Below, piece by piece: positions 24,901-39,200 of a stretch of DNA of 64,000 nt. Positions within the stretch are counted from its first letter, which is position 1, and the number at the start of each line of letters is the position of its first letter. This stretch comes from Lytechinus pictus (lineage: Eukaryota). A program made the translations under genes and the position numbers. The notes below the pieces were generated by a model. The model searched no databases and was not told the DNA's origin. It was given only the letters and a program-made list of their open reading frames with translations. The stretch lies in the NCBI RefSeq assembly GCF_037042905.1, contig NC_087250.1:6076001-6140000 (forward strand), read 5' to 3'.

Positions 24901-27900
24901 ATATATAGGCCAATCTCAAATTTGCGTTACTGTCTTTGCGTTATATATCATGTTATCATGATTGTAATATACATAATGTACAGTGTAGGGAGATATAGTT
25001 GTGTTATTCACGACTGTTTACATATATGAACTAAAGCTTTCATTTTATTGGAATAATTGAAAACCAGCCTCCTTTGTTTTTACTACATATAGGCCAATCT
25101 CAAGTTTGCGTTACTGTCTTTGCGTGATATAGCATGTTATCATGATTGTAATATATATAATGTAGGGAGATGTAATTGTGTTATTCACGACTGTTTACAT
25201 ATATCCCAACTAAAGCTTTCATTTCATTGGAATAATTGGAAACCAGCCTCCTTTGTTTTTACTATATGTAGGCCAATCTCAAGTTTGCGTTAGTCTCTTT
25301 GCGTTATATAGCATGCTATCATGATTGTAATATATATATAATGTAGGCAGATATAATTGTGTTATTCATGACTGTTTACATATATCAACTAAAGCTTTCA
25401 TTTCATTGGAATAATTCGAAACCAGCCTCCTTTGTTTTGACTATATATAGGCCAATCTCAAGTTTGCGTTAGTCTCTTTGCGTTATATAGCATGCTATCA
25501 TGATTGTAATATATATAATGTAGGCAGATATAGTTGTGTTATTCACGACTGTTTACATATATGAACTAAAGCTTTCATTTTATTGGAATAATTGAAAACC
25601 AGCCTCCTTTGTTTTGACTATATATAGGCCAATCTCAAGTTTGCGTTAGTCTCTTTGCGTTATATAGCATGCTATCATGATTGTAATATATATATAATGT
25701 AGGCAGATATAATTGTGTTATTCATGACTGTTTACATATATCAACTAAAGCTTTCATTTCATTGGAATAATTCGAAACCAGCCTCCTTTGTTTTGACTAT
25801 ATATAGGCCAATCTCAAGTTTGCGTTAGTCTCTTTGCGTTATATAGCATGCTATCATGATTGTAATATATATAATGTAGGCAGATATAGTTGTGTTATTC
25901 ACGACTGTTTACATATATGAACTAAAGCTTTCATTTCATTGGAATAATTGAAAACCAGCCTCCTTTGTTTTGACTATATATAGGCCAATCTCAAGTTTGC
26001 GTTAGTCTCTTTGCGTTATATAGCATGCTATCATGATTGTAATATATATATAATGTAGGCAGATATAATTGTGTTATTCATGACTGTTTACATATATCAA
26101 CTAAAGCTTTCATTTCATTGGAATAATTGAAAACAAGCCTCCTTTGTTTTTACTATATATAGGCCAATCTCAAGTTTGCGTTACTGTCTTTGCGTTATAT
26201 AGCATGTTATCATGATTGTAATGAATATAATGTAAGGAGATATAATTGTGATATTCACGACTGTTTACATATATCCCAACTAAAACTTTCATTTCATTGG
26301 AATAATTGGAAACCAGCCTCCTTTGTTTTTACTATATATAGGCCAATCTCAAGTTTGCGTTACTGTCTTTGCGTGATATAGCATGTTATCATGATTGTAA
26401 TATATATAATGTAGGGAGATGTAATTGTGTTATTCACGACTGTTTACATATATCCCAACTAAAGCTTTCATTTCATTGGAATAATTGGAAACCAGCCTCC
26501 TTTGTTTTTACTATATATAGGCCAATCTCAAGTTTGCGTTACTGTATTTGCGTTATATAGCATGCTATCATGATTGTAATATATATAATGTAGGGAGATA
26601 TAATTGTGTTATTCACGACTGTTTACATATATCCCAACTAAGGCTTTCATTTCGTTGGAATAATTGGAAACCAGCCTCCTTTGTTTTTACTATATATAGG
26701 CCAATCTCAAATTTGCGTTACTGTCTTTGCGTTATATATCATGTTATCATGATTGTAATATACATAATGTACAGTGTAGGGAGATATAGTTGTGTTATTC
26801 ACGACTGTTTACATATATGAACTAAAGCTTTCATTTTATTGGAATAATTGAAAACCAGCCTCCTTTGTTTTGACTATATATAGGCCAATCTCAAGTTTGC
26901 GTTAGTCTCTTTGCGTTATATAGCATGCTATCATGATTGTAATATATATATAATGTAGGCAGATATAATTGTGTTATTCATGACTGTTTACATATATCAA
27001 CTAAAGCTTTCATTTCATTGGAATAATTGGAAACCAGCCTCCTTTGTTTTTACTATATGTAGGCCAATCTCAAGTTTGCGTTAGTCTCTTTGCGTTATAT
27101 AGCATGCTATCATGATTGTAATATACATAATGTAGGCAGATATAGTTGTGTTATTCACGACTGTTTACATATATGAACTAAAGCTTTCATTTCATTGGAA
27201 TAATTGAAAACCAGCCTCCTTTGTTTTGACTATATATAGGCCAATCTCAAGTTTGCGTTATTCTCTTTGCGTTATATAGCATGCTATTATGATTGTAATA
27301 TATATAATGTAGGCAGATATAGTTGTGTTATTCACGACTGTTTACATATATGAACTAAAGCTTTCATTTCATTGGAATAATTGAAAACCAGCCTCCTTTG
27401 TTTTGACTATATATAGGCCAATCTCAAGTTTGCGTTACTGTCTTTGCGTGATATAGCATGTTATCATGATTGTAATATATATAATGTAGGGAGATGTAAT
27501 TGTGTTATTCACGACTGTTTACATATATCCCAACTAAAGCTATCATTTCATTGGAATAATTGGAAACCAGCCTCCTTTGTTTTTACTATATATAGGCCAA
27601 TCTCAAGTTTGCTTTACTGTATTTGCGTTATATAGCATGCTATCATGATTGTAATATATATAATGTAGGGAGATATAATTGTGTTATTCACGACTGTTTA
27701 CATATATCCCAACTAAAGCTTTCATTTCATTGGAATAATTGGAAACCAGCCTCCTTTGTTTTTACTATATATAGGCCAATCTCAAATTTCCGTTACTGTC
27801 TTTGCGTTATATATCATGTTATCATGATTGTAATATACATAATGTACAGTGTAGGGAGATATAGTTGTGTTATTCACGACTGTTTACATATATGAACTAA

Positions 27901-30900
27901 AGCTTTCATTTTATTGGAATAATTGAAAACCAGCCTCCTTTGTTTTTACTACATATAGGCCAATCTCAAGTTTGCGTTACTGTCTTTGCGTGATATAGCA
28001 TGTTATCATGATTGTAATATATATAATGTAGGGAGATGTAATTGTGTTATTCACGACTGTTTACATATATCCCAACTAAAGCTTTCATTTCATTGGAATA
28101 ATTGGAAACCAGCCTCCTTTGTTTTTACTATATGTAGGCCAATCTCAAGTTTGCGTTAGTCTCTTTGCGTTATATAGCATGCTATCATGATTGTAATATA
28201 TATATAATGTAGGCAGATATAATTGTGTTATTCATGACTGTTTACATATATCAACTAAAGCTTTCATTTCATTGGAATAATTCGAAACCAGCCTCCTTTG
28301 TTTTGACTATATATAGGCCAATCTCAAGTTTGCGTTAGTCTCTTTGCGTTATATAGCATGCTATCATGATTGTAATATATATAATGTAGGCAGATATAGT
28401 TGTGTTATTCACGACTGTTTACATATATGAACTAAAGCTTTCATTTTATTGGAATAATTGAAAACCAGCCTCCTTTGTTTTGACTATATATAGGCCAATC
28501 TCAAGTTTGCGTTAGTCTCTTTGCGTTATATAGCATGCTATCATGATTGTAATATATATATAATGTAGGCAGATATAATTGTGTTATTCATGACTGTTTA
28601 CATATATCAACTAAAGCTTTCATTTCATTGGAATAATTCGAAACCAGCCTCCTTTGTTTTGACTATATATAGGCCAATCTCAAGTTTGCGTTAGTCTCTT
28701 TGCGTTATATAGCATGCTATCATGATTGTAATATATATAATGTAGGCAGATATAGTTGTGTTATTCACGACTGTTTACATATATGAACTAAAGCTTTCAT
28801 TTCATTGGAATAATTGAAAACCAGCCTCCTTTGTTTTGACTATATATAGGCCAATCTCAAGTTTGCGTTAGTCTCTTTGCGTTATATAGCATGCTATCAT
28901 GATTGTAATATATATATAATGTAGGCAGATATAATTGTGTTATTCATGACTGTTTACATATATCAACTAAAGCTTTCATTTCATTGGAATAATTGAAAAC
29001 AAGCCTCCTTTGTTTTTACTATATATAGGCCAATCTCAAGTTTGCGTTACTGTCTTTGCGTTATATAGCATGTTATCATGATTGTAATGAATATAATGTA
29101 AGGAGATATAATTGTGATATTCACGACTGTTTACATATATCCCAACTAAAACTTTCATTTCATTGGAATAATTGGAAACCAGCCTCCTTTGTTTTTACTA
29201 TATATAGGCCAATCTCAAGTTTGCGTTACTGTCTTTGCGTGATATAGCATGTTATCATGATTGTAATATATATAATGTAGGGAGATGTAATTGTGTTATT
29301 CACGACTGTTTACATATATCCCAACTAAAGCTTTCATTTCATTGGAATAATTGGAAACCAGCCTCCTTTGTTTTTACTATATATAGGCCAATCTCAAGTT
29401 TGCGTTACTGTATTTGCGTTATATAGCATGCTATCATGATTGTAATATATATAATGTAGGGAGATATAATTGTGTTATTCACGACTGTTTACATATATCC
29501 CAACTAAGGCTTTCATTTCGTTGGAATAATTGGAAACCAGCCTCCTTTGTTTTTACTATATATAGGCCAATCTCAAATTTGCGTTACTGTCTTTGCGTTA
29601 TATATCATGTTATCATGATTGTAATATACATAATGTACAGTGTAGGGAGATATAGTTGTGTTATTCACGACTGTTTACATATATGAACTAAAGCTTTCAT
29701 TTTATTGGAATAATTGAAAACCAGCCTCCTTTGTTTTGACTATATATAGGCCAATCTCAAGTTTGCGTTAGTCTCTTTGCGTTATATAGCATGCTATCAT
29801 GATTGTAATATATATATAATGTAGGCAGATATAATTGTGTTATTCATGACTGTTTACATATATCAACTAAAGCTTTCATTTCATTGGAATAATTGGAAAC
29901 CAGCCTCCTTTGTTTTTACTATATGTAGGCCAATCTCAAGTTTGCGTTAGTCTCTTTGCGTTATATAGCATGCTATCATGATTGTAATATACATAATGTA
30001 GGCAGATATAGTTGTGTTATTCACGACTGTTTACATATATGAACTAAAGCTTTCATTTCATTGGAATAATTGAAAACCAGCCTCCTTTGTTTTGACTATA
30101 TATAGGCCAATCTCAAGTTTGCGTTATTCTCTTTGCGTTATATAGCATGCTATTATGATTGTAATATATATAATGTAGGCAGATATAGTTGTGTTATTCA
30201 CGACTGTTTACATATATGAACTAAAGCTTTCATTTCATTGGAATAATTGAAAACCAGCCTCCTTTGTTTTGACTATATATAGGCCAATCTCAAGTTTGCG
30301 TTACTGTCTTTGCGTGATATAGCATGTTATCATGATTGTAATATATATAATGTAGGGAGATGTAATTGTGTTATTCACGACTGTTTACATATATCCCAAC
30401 TAAAGCTATCATTTCATTGGAATAATTGGAAACCAGCCTCCTTTGTTTTTACTATATATAGGCCAATCTCAAGTTTGCTTTACTGTATTTGCGTTATATA
30501 GCATGCTATCATGATTGTAATATATATAATGTAGGGAGATATAATTGTGTTATTCACGACTGTTTACATATATCCCAACTAAAGCTTTCATTTCATTGGA
30601 ATAATTGGAAACCAGCCTCCTTTGTTTTTACTATATATAGGCCAATCTCAAATTTCCGTTACTGTCTTTGCGTTATATATCATGTTATCATGATTGTAAT
30701 ATACATAATGTACAGTGTAGGGAGATATAGTTGTGTTATTCACGACTGTTTACATATATGAACTAAAGCTTTCATTTTATTGGAATAATTGAAAACCAGC
30801 CTCCTTTGTTTTTACTACATATAGGCCAATCTCAAGTTTGCGTTACTGTCTTTGCGTGATATAGCATGTTATCATGATTGTAATATATATAATGTAGGGA

Positions 30901-33280
30901 GATGTAATTGTGTTATTCACGACTGTTTACATATATCCCAACTAAAGCTTTCATTTCATTGGAATAATTGGAAACCAGCCTCCTTTGTTTTTACTATATG
31001 TAGGCCAATCTCAAGTTTGCGTTAGTCTCTTTGCGTTATATAGCATGCTATCATGATTGTAATATATATATAATGTAGGCAGATATAATTGTGTTATTCA
31101 TGACTGTTTACATATATCAACTAAAGCTTTCATTTCATTGGAATAATTCGAAACCAGCCTCCTTTGTTTTGACTATATATAGGCCAATCTCAAGTTTGCG
31201 TTAGTCTCTTTGCGTTATATAGCATGCTATCATGATTGTAATATATATAATGTAGGCAGATATAGTTGTGTTATTCACGACTGTTTACATATATGAACTA
31301 AAGCTTTCATTTTATTGGAATAATTGAAAACCAGCCTCCTTTGTTTTGACTATATATAGGCCAATCTCAAGTTTGCGTTAGTCTCTTTGCGTTATATAGC
31401 ATGCTATCATGATTGTAATATATATATAATGTAGGCAGATATAATTGTGTTATTCATGACTGTTTACATATATCAACTAAAGCTTTCATTTCATTGGAAT
31501 AATTCGAAACCAGCCTCCTTTGTTTTGACTATATATAGGCCAATCTCAAGTTTGCGTTAGTCTCTTTGCGTTATATAGCATGCTATCATGATTGTAATAT
31601 ATATAATGTAGGCAGATATAGTTGTGTTATTCACGACTGTTTACATATATGAACTAAAGCTTTCATTTCATTGGAATAATTGAAAACCAGCCTCCTTTGT
31701 TTTGACTATATATAGGCCAATCTCAAGTTTGCGTTAGTCTCTTTGCGTTATATAGCATGCTATCATGATTGTAATATATATATAATGTAGGCAGATATAA
31801 TTGTGTTATTCATGACTGTTTACATATATCAACTAAAGCTTTCATTTCATTGGAATAATTGAAAACAAGCCTCCTTTGTTTTTACTATATATAGGCCAAT
31901 CTCAAGTTTGCGTTACTGTCTTTGCGTTATATAGCATGTTATCATGATTGTAATGAATATAATGTAAGGAGATATAATTGTGATATTCACGACTGTTTAC
32001 ATATATCCCAACTAAAACTTTCATTTCATTGGAATAATTGGAAACCAGCCTCCTTTGTTTTTACTATATATAGGCCAATCTCAAGTTTGCGTTACTGTCT
32101 TTGCGTGATATAGCATGTTATCATGATTGTAATATATATAATGTAGGGAGATGTAATTGTGTTATTCACGACTGTTTACATATATCCCAACTAAAGCTTT
32201 CATTTCATTGGAATAATTGGAAACCAGCCTCCTTTGTTTTTACTATATATAGGCCAATCTCAAGTTTGCGTTACTGTATTTGCGTTATATAGCATGCTAT
32301 CATGATTATAATATATATAATGTAGGGAGATATAATTGTGTTATTCACGACTGTTTACATATATCCCAACTAAAGCTTTCATTTCGTTGGAATAATTGGA
32401 AACCAGCCTCCTTTGTTTTTACTATATATAGGCCAATCTCAAATTTGCGTTACTGTCTTTGCGTTATATATCATGTTATCATGATTGTAATATACATAAT
32501 GTACAGTGTAGGGAGATATAGTTGTGTTATTCACGACTGTTTACATATATGAACTAAAGCTTTCATTTCATTGGAATAATTGAAAACCAGCCTCCTTTGT
32601 TTTGACTATATATAGGCCAATCTCAAGTTTGCGTTAGTCTCTTTGCGTTATATAGCATGCTATCATGATTGTAATATATATATAATGTAGGCAGATATAA
32701 TTGTGTTATTCATGACTGTTTACATATATCAACTAAAGCTTTCATTTCATTGGAATAATTCGAAACCAGCCTCCTTTGTTTTTACTATATATAGGCCAAT
32801 CTCAAGTTTGCGTTAGTCTCTTTGCGTTATATAGCATGCTATCATGATTGTAATATATATAATGTAGGCAGATATAGTTGTGTTATTCACGACTGTTTAC
32901 ATATATGAACTAAAGCTTTCATTTCATTGGAATAATTGAAAACCAGCCTCCTTTGTTTTGACTATATATGGGCCAATCTCAAGTTTGCGTTAGTCTCTTT
33001 GCGTTATATAGCATGCTATCATGATTGTAATATATATATAATGTAGGCAGATATAATTGTGTTATTCATGACTGTTTACATATATCAACTAAAGCTTTCA
33101 TTTCATTGGAATAATTGAAAACAAGCCTCCTTTGTTTTTACTATATATAGGCCAATCTCAAGTTTGCGTTACTGTCTTTGCGTTATATAGCATGCTATCA
33201 TGATTGTAATATATATATAATGTAGGCAGATATAATTGTGTTATCCATGACTGCTTACAAAATAATGAACTAAAGCTTGA
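18950..33280 (+). repeat. 179-bp satellite DNA array (about 80 monomers, 14.3 kb) with higher-order repeat structure
   Basis: Monomer aaaccagcctcctttgtttttactatatataggccaatctcaagtttgcg...aactaaagctttcatttcattggaataattg repeats head-to-tail every 177-186 bp; identical spurious ORFs recur at 179-bp and 2866-bp intervals. Confidence 0.98.
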
Positions 33281-34224
33281 AAAGTTTGCCTGTCTGTTCG
33301 ATATGTTGTAGCTAGGGATTCTCAGAGGTCATGCTAACTTGTTACATTGTGTATATTAGCAAATAGTCGCATTGCATAATTTAGGCTAGGTTTGATATTT
33401 ACATTTCTTTTCTATTTGTCATTTGTTTACACGCATGAGAAACGTCACTGGATTAGCTCCGTAGTGTTTGGAGGCTATGTACGTATATCCACATCATTGT
33501 TAAAGCGCGATATACATTATTCAGTGTGCACAGAAATAATTTCCTAATTTATACTCCGCAATTGATATATTAAAACATCGAAAGAAACTAATTTAAAGAA
33601 AATGCTGTAAATAGTTGTGTTAAACTTTTAAAACAACATGTTAACGGTTATTGCCCTTTGTTTAATATGATGATTCCAGATTTAAATAAGACTTATTCAC
33701 TTATAAAGTCAATGTCAGCAAGCACTTTTACATTTAGCAATATCGACAAAGAAGATGCAGAATCATAAACACTTTTGTAGTGTCCCTTTACCGTTATGAC
33801 CACAGAACATAGATGGCAGCAAAACACGGTAGTGCTGCTGCCCCCTACGTCCGTTGGTTGTACCTTTCGAGAGGAAATAACCCATCCATTTTGGTGGCGG
33901 TACCTGAATTTCAAAACAGAAAACCACATCAAGGAGATACCCGCTTAGTACAGAGTGATCTTTTATGTATGAATGATCGTAAAAAAATGTATCCGACCTT
34001 GTTTCTAAAATTGTTGTTTCACATAATAAAAATTTAAAGAGATATCTCATCACAATTTTAACAAACATAAACATATATACATGTTAACATTTATTGCGTT
34101 GTTCTGTTTATATAAAGGCACTTCGCAGTGACAAGTGTTACATTTTTACACCGAGATGCCTTTATGGACTGTGGTTAAAATACTCATGCATCGGTATTGT
34201 TATTTTTCATCTTAAGATAATAAA

Positions 34225-34440
34225 TCATACATTGATAAACCAGAATCAATTTCATGTTTAAATCGCTTATTATACACGATCGAATTGATTATCACATTCT
34301 TTTATCGATATATGGGTTATAATCAAATGATTGCATTTGTATCAATTCTGTTGTTTTTCATATTAAGAGAATTAATCATGCATTTATAAACCAGAATCAA
34401 TTTAATATTTTAATTGCTTATTATACACTATCGAATGGAT
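34225..34440 (+). repeat. Two-copy ~65-bp direct repeat with about 150-bp period
   Basis: ataaaccagaatcaattt...gcttattatacac.atcgaat at about 34235 and about 34386. Confidence 0.7.
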
Positions 34441-35133
34441 GGTTCCCGTGTTATGCGCCACGGTGATAGGCCTCATGCTTCAATAAATTGCATAGACCTG
34501 TTCAGAATGAACCCTCCAGTATAAAACAGGTGTTCACCGGTTATCATGATTATACTACTACTACATGTATAAAAATGTATGATAACACTTTTTTTGTAAA
34601 TCATATATCATACAGAATGAATCTAATTGTGCCATGCTCGTCATGCATATATAATTCAATTTTCATATTTAAGCACCTATTAGATCAATGCTCTTTATGG
34701 GTTTAGTCATGGACCTACTACCCTAACGTAGGTCCTTGGTTTAATGATTTTTTTTTTTACTACTCCAATATTTTTGTTTTGTCTGTTTGCTTCTAATTTT
34801 GGGGGCTATGATAATACACTAATAAGTACGATGTTGAAAATAAACTGTACACTACTAGTACTTAGTAAAATAGCCTATGAACCAAAACACGTATTTTTTA
34901 ATATGTTGCTGTGTGTGTGTGCGTTTATATTTTACATTATAAAAAAAACATGCACATGGATTGGTATTCGGGAGTTGTGGTAGCAAGTTCGTGCCTCGCG
35001 TATTAAATGACGTCGGCTGTGAATTACCTGCGTGACATCAAATATACTTTGGTATTGATACAGTTATGCTGTGAATCAGAATGTTATCATTGAGCCACTG
35101 CACCTTGCAAATCTAAATTAATGTACTCCATTA

Positions 35134-35388
35134 CACTGTAAATAATATTGGGTAAAATCTTTACTACCACGAGGGTAATTATGTGTACAGCCAATTTTGG
35201 GCAGCATTTTACCCAATGCGGGGCGCATATTGTCCAGTAAAGTAAAAAAAAAAAAAAAAACAGCAATGTATTTAGAATGGGCAAAATTTTCATCGCACTG
35301 GATAAAAAATATGCCCCCAAAAGAAATACCCAATGTTGGTTGGACACATAATTACCCCCATAAAGCACTTTTACCAAATATTTTGGTA
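35134..35388. mobile_element. CACTG-type MITE (same family as 56992-57240), right TIR eroded where the Crypton-like element begins
   Basis: cactgtaaataatattgggtaaaa ... ttttaccaaatatttt; interior (ggtaattatgtg, ccaatgttggttggacacataattacc) shared in inverted orientation with 56992-57240. Confidence 0.75.
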
Positions 35389-35665
35389 TATATTAAATAT
35401 TATACAGATATTGCCTATCTAGAGTTTGAATATAACATTTCCTCTCCCAGACGGAGTTATATTTTTCCCAAGAGATAATATTTTGCCCGAAGCGCGCAGC
35501 GCTGAGGGAAAATATTATCCCGAGGGAAAAATATAGCTTCGGAGGGGAGTTGAAATGTTATTTATTAAAACGATAGACCAGGCAATAGAGAATAATGACG
35601 GCGATATGGCCATTCTAAAGGTTCACTCAAGCGTGACGCGCGCACAAAAGAATATGACGTAATAC

Positions 35666-36020
35666 ATTAGCATAACAATGAAGGGTTGAATAGGGGAAAT
35701 TAGCATAACAATGGAAGAGTTGAATAGGGATAATTAGCATAACAATGGATGAATAGTCGGGAAAGATGGCCATTGAATAGGGCGTTGATTAGCATAACAA
35801 TGGAAGAGTAGTCTGGAAGGATGGCCATTGAATAGGGATCATTAGCATAACAATAGCGAGTGCGGAAAGATCGGATGGCCATTGAATAGGGGTTGATTAG
35901 CATAACAATAGCGAGTGCGGAAAGATCGGATGGCCATTGAATAGGGGTTGATTAGCATAACAATGCCGAGTGCGGAAAGATCGGATGGCCATTGAATAGG
36001 GGATCATTTAAATAACAATA
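35666..36020 (-). promoter_or_regulatory. Subterminal minisatellite (33-55 bp units) carrying 7 Sox-Oct composite-like motifs (C/T)ATTGTTATGCTAAT, left end
   Basis: ATTAGCATAACAAT at 35666, 35699, 35733, 35788, 35841, 35896, 35951. Confidence 0.65.
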
Positions 36021-36250
36021 ATCGCAGTGACGTAGTAATGTTATGTATCTGTTAGAAGGGACGCGTAGTCTCCTTGGCAACGAATGAACAACCATAAAGT
36101 TGAATGGAAGGATTAAAAGAGTGTTATTGTTAGAGTAGATTTTGGGTAATATAATAGCACTGGGAAAAAAGGGCAGGAGTGTCAAAGTTTGACTTACCCT
36201 TTTAATATTTCCATTCGAGCGTCGATCGTCCAAAATATTGTCCATATTAA

Positions 36251-39200
36251 CCCTTTGCGTGCGACGGGCTTCCACAGAAGCCCAGCGAGTCGTTCACTTA
36301 GCTACGACGGGCTTCTACAGAAGCCGAGATTTGTTTGGTTTAATTCGATGAAGTTTTTCAGCTTTTTCGTAATTGTTATGTACTAAAACTTTTCCCACCA
36401 TTTCCTTTATAAACCTATTTCAATAATCAAATGAAAAAAATATACAGCTACGTGGAGAAAAATCCCCAAAATAGGAAATCATTTCAACTTTACCCGAATT
36501 TTTCGTTGGAGTCAAACGGGAAGGATAAATTTTGTGACGTGCACGTACGCGCGCGCACACTAGGCCTGATCACGTGATTTATTTTGATCACGTGATTTGA
36601 TCCATATCGTTGTTCTGAAAGATAAGCTGAAATCTTTTCTGGAAGATCGTCGCGTAATAACCTACGCGTTTATTCACCATTTTCGTCTTATTTGTTTCAT
36701 CAAGAAGATATTACTCTAGATAGAATGATATCTCCTTGGTTTCATCGATCGATTGTATTTTCAGAAAAACAAAAAGCTTGTAATGTATTTTTAGAACTTT
36801 GAGCTGATCGCGGTGCGCTTATGAACTTTTTCCCTCCCCATCATCCCTCTTCTCATTATTTTTCTCTACTATTCTAAAAAAAAGAAGAGAAAAGAAAGCA
36901 GTTTAGCACACCATTTATCTTATGCTCTTTTCAAAAGGGAAACGTCCATGTAGTTCATGATATCGGCACTACCCAAAACAAAAGAATGTCTGGGCGGCAA
37001 CTCAAACGAATTCCTTCCGAAAAGAGCAGGATACAGATGGTCAACGCCCCGAACAAAAGGAAGATTAGCGTTTATCGGCAAGATTACCTATTGAATGCTC
37101 TTCGTACTTAGCAATACAAAAAGTTTTTATGAATACTTTTTTCCGACCAACATACCTTATCTAAAAAAAAGAAAAAAAATGTCTCAATTACCAACAAAAC
37201 AGGTGCTTATGACATCGGTCAGTGATTCATTTTGCATAAAAGCGCTTCCCTGGGTGATGATGCATATGAGGATGAAAGAAGAATCATTTAGGGAAATTAT
37301 AGATTATAGAAAAAAAATGTTCAGATGTCACGGAGAACGAGAGAAAATTAGAGAGGGAGAGATAAAAGGGGGAATAGACAAGTGCTCTTTTGCTAACATT
37401 CCATAATATCTACTTAAACGAATAATAACATGACTTTCTTTTTTTTTTGTTATATTACTTTAAAAAAAGTCCCAAAACGTTTGTTTGTCGCAACTCGGTC
37501 CTCAGACCCTTGTCAAACTGATGACTTTGTATTATTATTCTTGTTTGACCTAGCCCCCCTTCCCGATGGAAATGTTCTGACCTACACTGTCATATTGCTC
37601 GTTTGTCTCCTCTCTCCTATGTTCTGTTTTAATTGCTATAGTAACACGGTGGAAAATATAATAATAAAGACCGTCCTGTCCAGTTTTTTCCCCCGTTACG
37701 ACCAAAAGAAAATAATTTTAAAAAATCGCATTGGGGCGCTTCCCATTGTTAGCATCCAAACCAAAATATTTGGAAAAAGATTTATGCTATTCAGGGACAG
37801 CAATGTATTTGTTTATGGTCCAGGGTTTGTGCTGTGGGCCGGGGGTGAATCGGCTAAAAAAATCAAATTGTTTTAATTCATGTCATTTTACAGAATGAAT
37901 TTATTATAGGATAGGTTTTAGATGCTCTTTATCTTATTTTTATTTTTTCTCTCCCAGATAATTATTTTTTGCATTGAAAAGTTGACGGAAACATAATCAA
38001 TTAAAATGATAAAACCAATAATGAACTAGAAGTTTTCTCGTCTGAAATGGAGGAAATATATATGATGAGAAATTACGTTAAGGCTCCCACTATAAAGAAA
38101 ACACTGGCGTGTCTGGGGTGTCACCCGACAGAACTCTCTCAATCCTACAAACTTTTATTCACGTGCGACCTACACTCCCCCCAAGGGTTGATACCGACCC
38201 CAATTGTATTGATTTTCCTACTTTTTCGCGAATTTCTATTTTTTTACCGGCGAATAGCGTGGTAGAAAAGATTCATATAGAAAAAAAAATATGTTTCCGT
38301 TACTGCAAACATTTTGGGCACTAATCCTGGTTAGCTTCAAAACCAAAATATCTGATTTTTAAAATAAAAAACAGGGGCCGCTGAGCGTTTTGATAATGGA
38401 GGGGTTGAGCTGAATGTGGGAGGGAGTGGACTGGCCAAAAAATCACAAATTTATACAGTCTTCGGATTTGTTGTATGTTTGCTGAAAGGGGTGAGGACTG
38501 AAACTTCCTACCAACTCCGCAGCCTTTGGACTATTAGATAGAACAATTAAAACGATAAAGACAAAAATGAATTCTAACTATTAGGAATGTTTTTTTTTTA
38601 TAATTTATTTATTACTTTGTTTTCGGTTGTAAAATCAAGGAGACAAATTAAAAATAGAACAAAACGAAAGAACAAATAAAAAAAAATGCTTTAGATTGCG
38701 GATGTTATAATCAATTCAAGAAAAAATAAAATGTAAAAAAAATGTAAAATGACAGGTACTGAGAAGAAAAATTAGAGAGACAGGATTGAGGGTGGTGGGG
38801 GCGGGTATATACCTCGTAATCCAGATCGGGGAGAAGGAAGACGATACAGATATAATTTAAATGATAAGAACTCAGAGAAAAAAGGATGTTGAACGGAGGG
38901 GATATATAAAGACGATAGATATAAGACAAGGGAATGAAAGCGGTAAAAAATACATAGTTACAGGTGAGAAACCAAAGAAAGGGAAAACGAAGAAATCCCT
39001 AATTGGTACCGTTTTATAATTAGATTGACAAACGTGCAATAATTTTAAAAAAATACCATCAGCCAATCAAATAGAAGGATTTCAGTAGCTTTTTAAAATG
39101 GGCCCCTTGTACACTTTTGAACCCCTCCCCCCCCCCGCTTTCTCTCGCTCTCTTATTGCTCTTTTTTTCTTCTATTTCAAAGGAAATAAACAGAAAATAA

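Noticed and set aside
19013-32552. Dozens of 63-125 aa Cys/His-rich ORFs (MRYIACYHDC...)
   Set aside because: They are translations of the 179-bp satellite monomer; the unit is not a multiple of 3, starts are TTG and stops are frequent.
18950-33280. Possible CRISPR-like array
   Set aside because: No unique spacers; whole monomers repeat; eukaryotic context with no cas genes.
35666-36020. Repeat-spacer pattern (constant 14-mer with variable intervals)
   Set aside because: The intervening sequences are related to one another, so this is a minisatellite and not acquired spacers.
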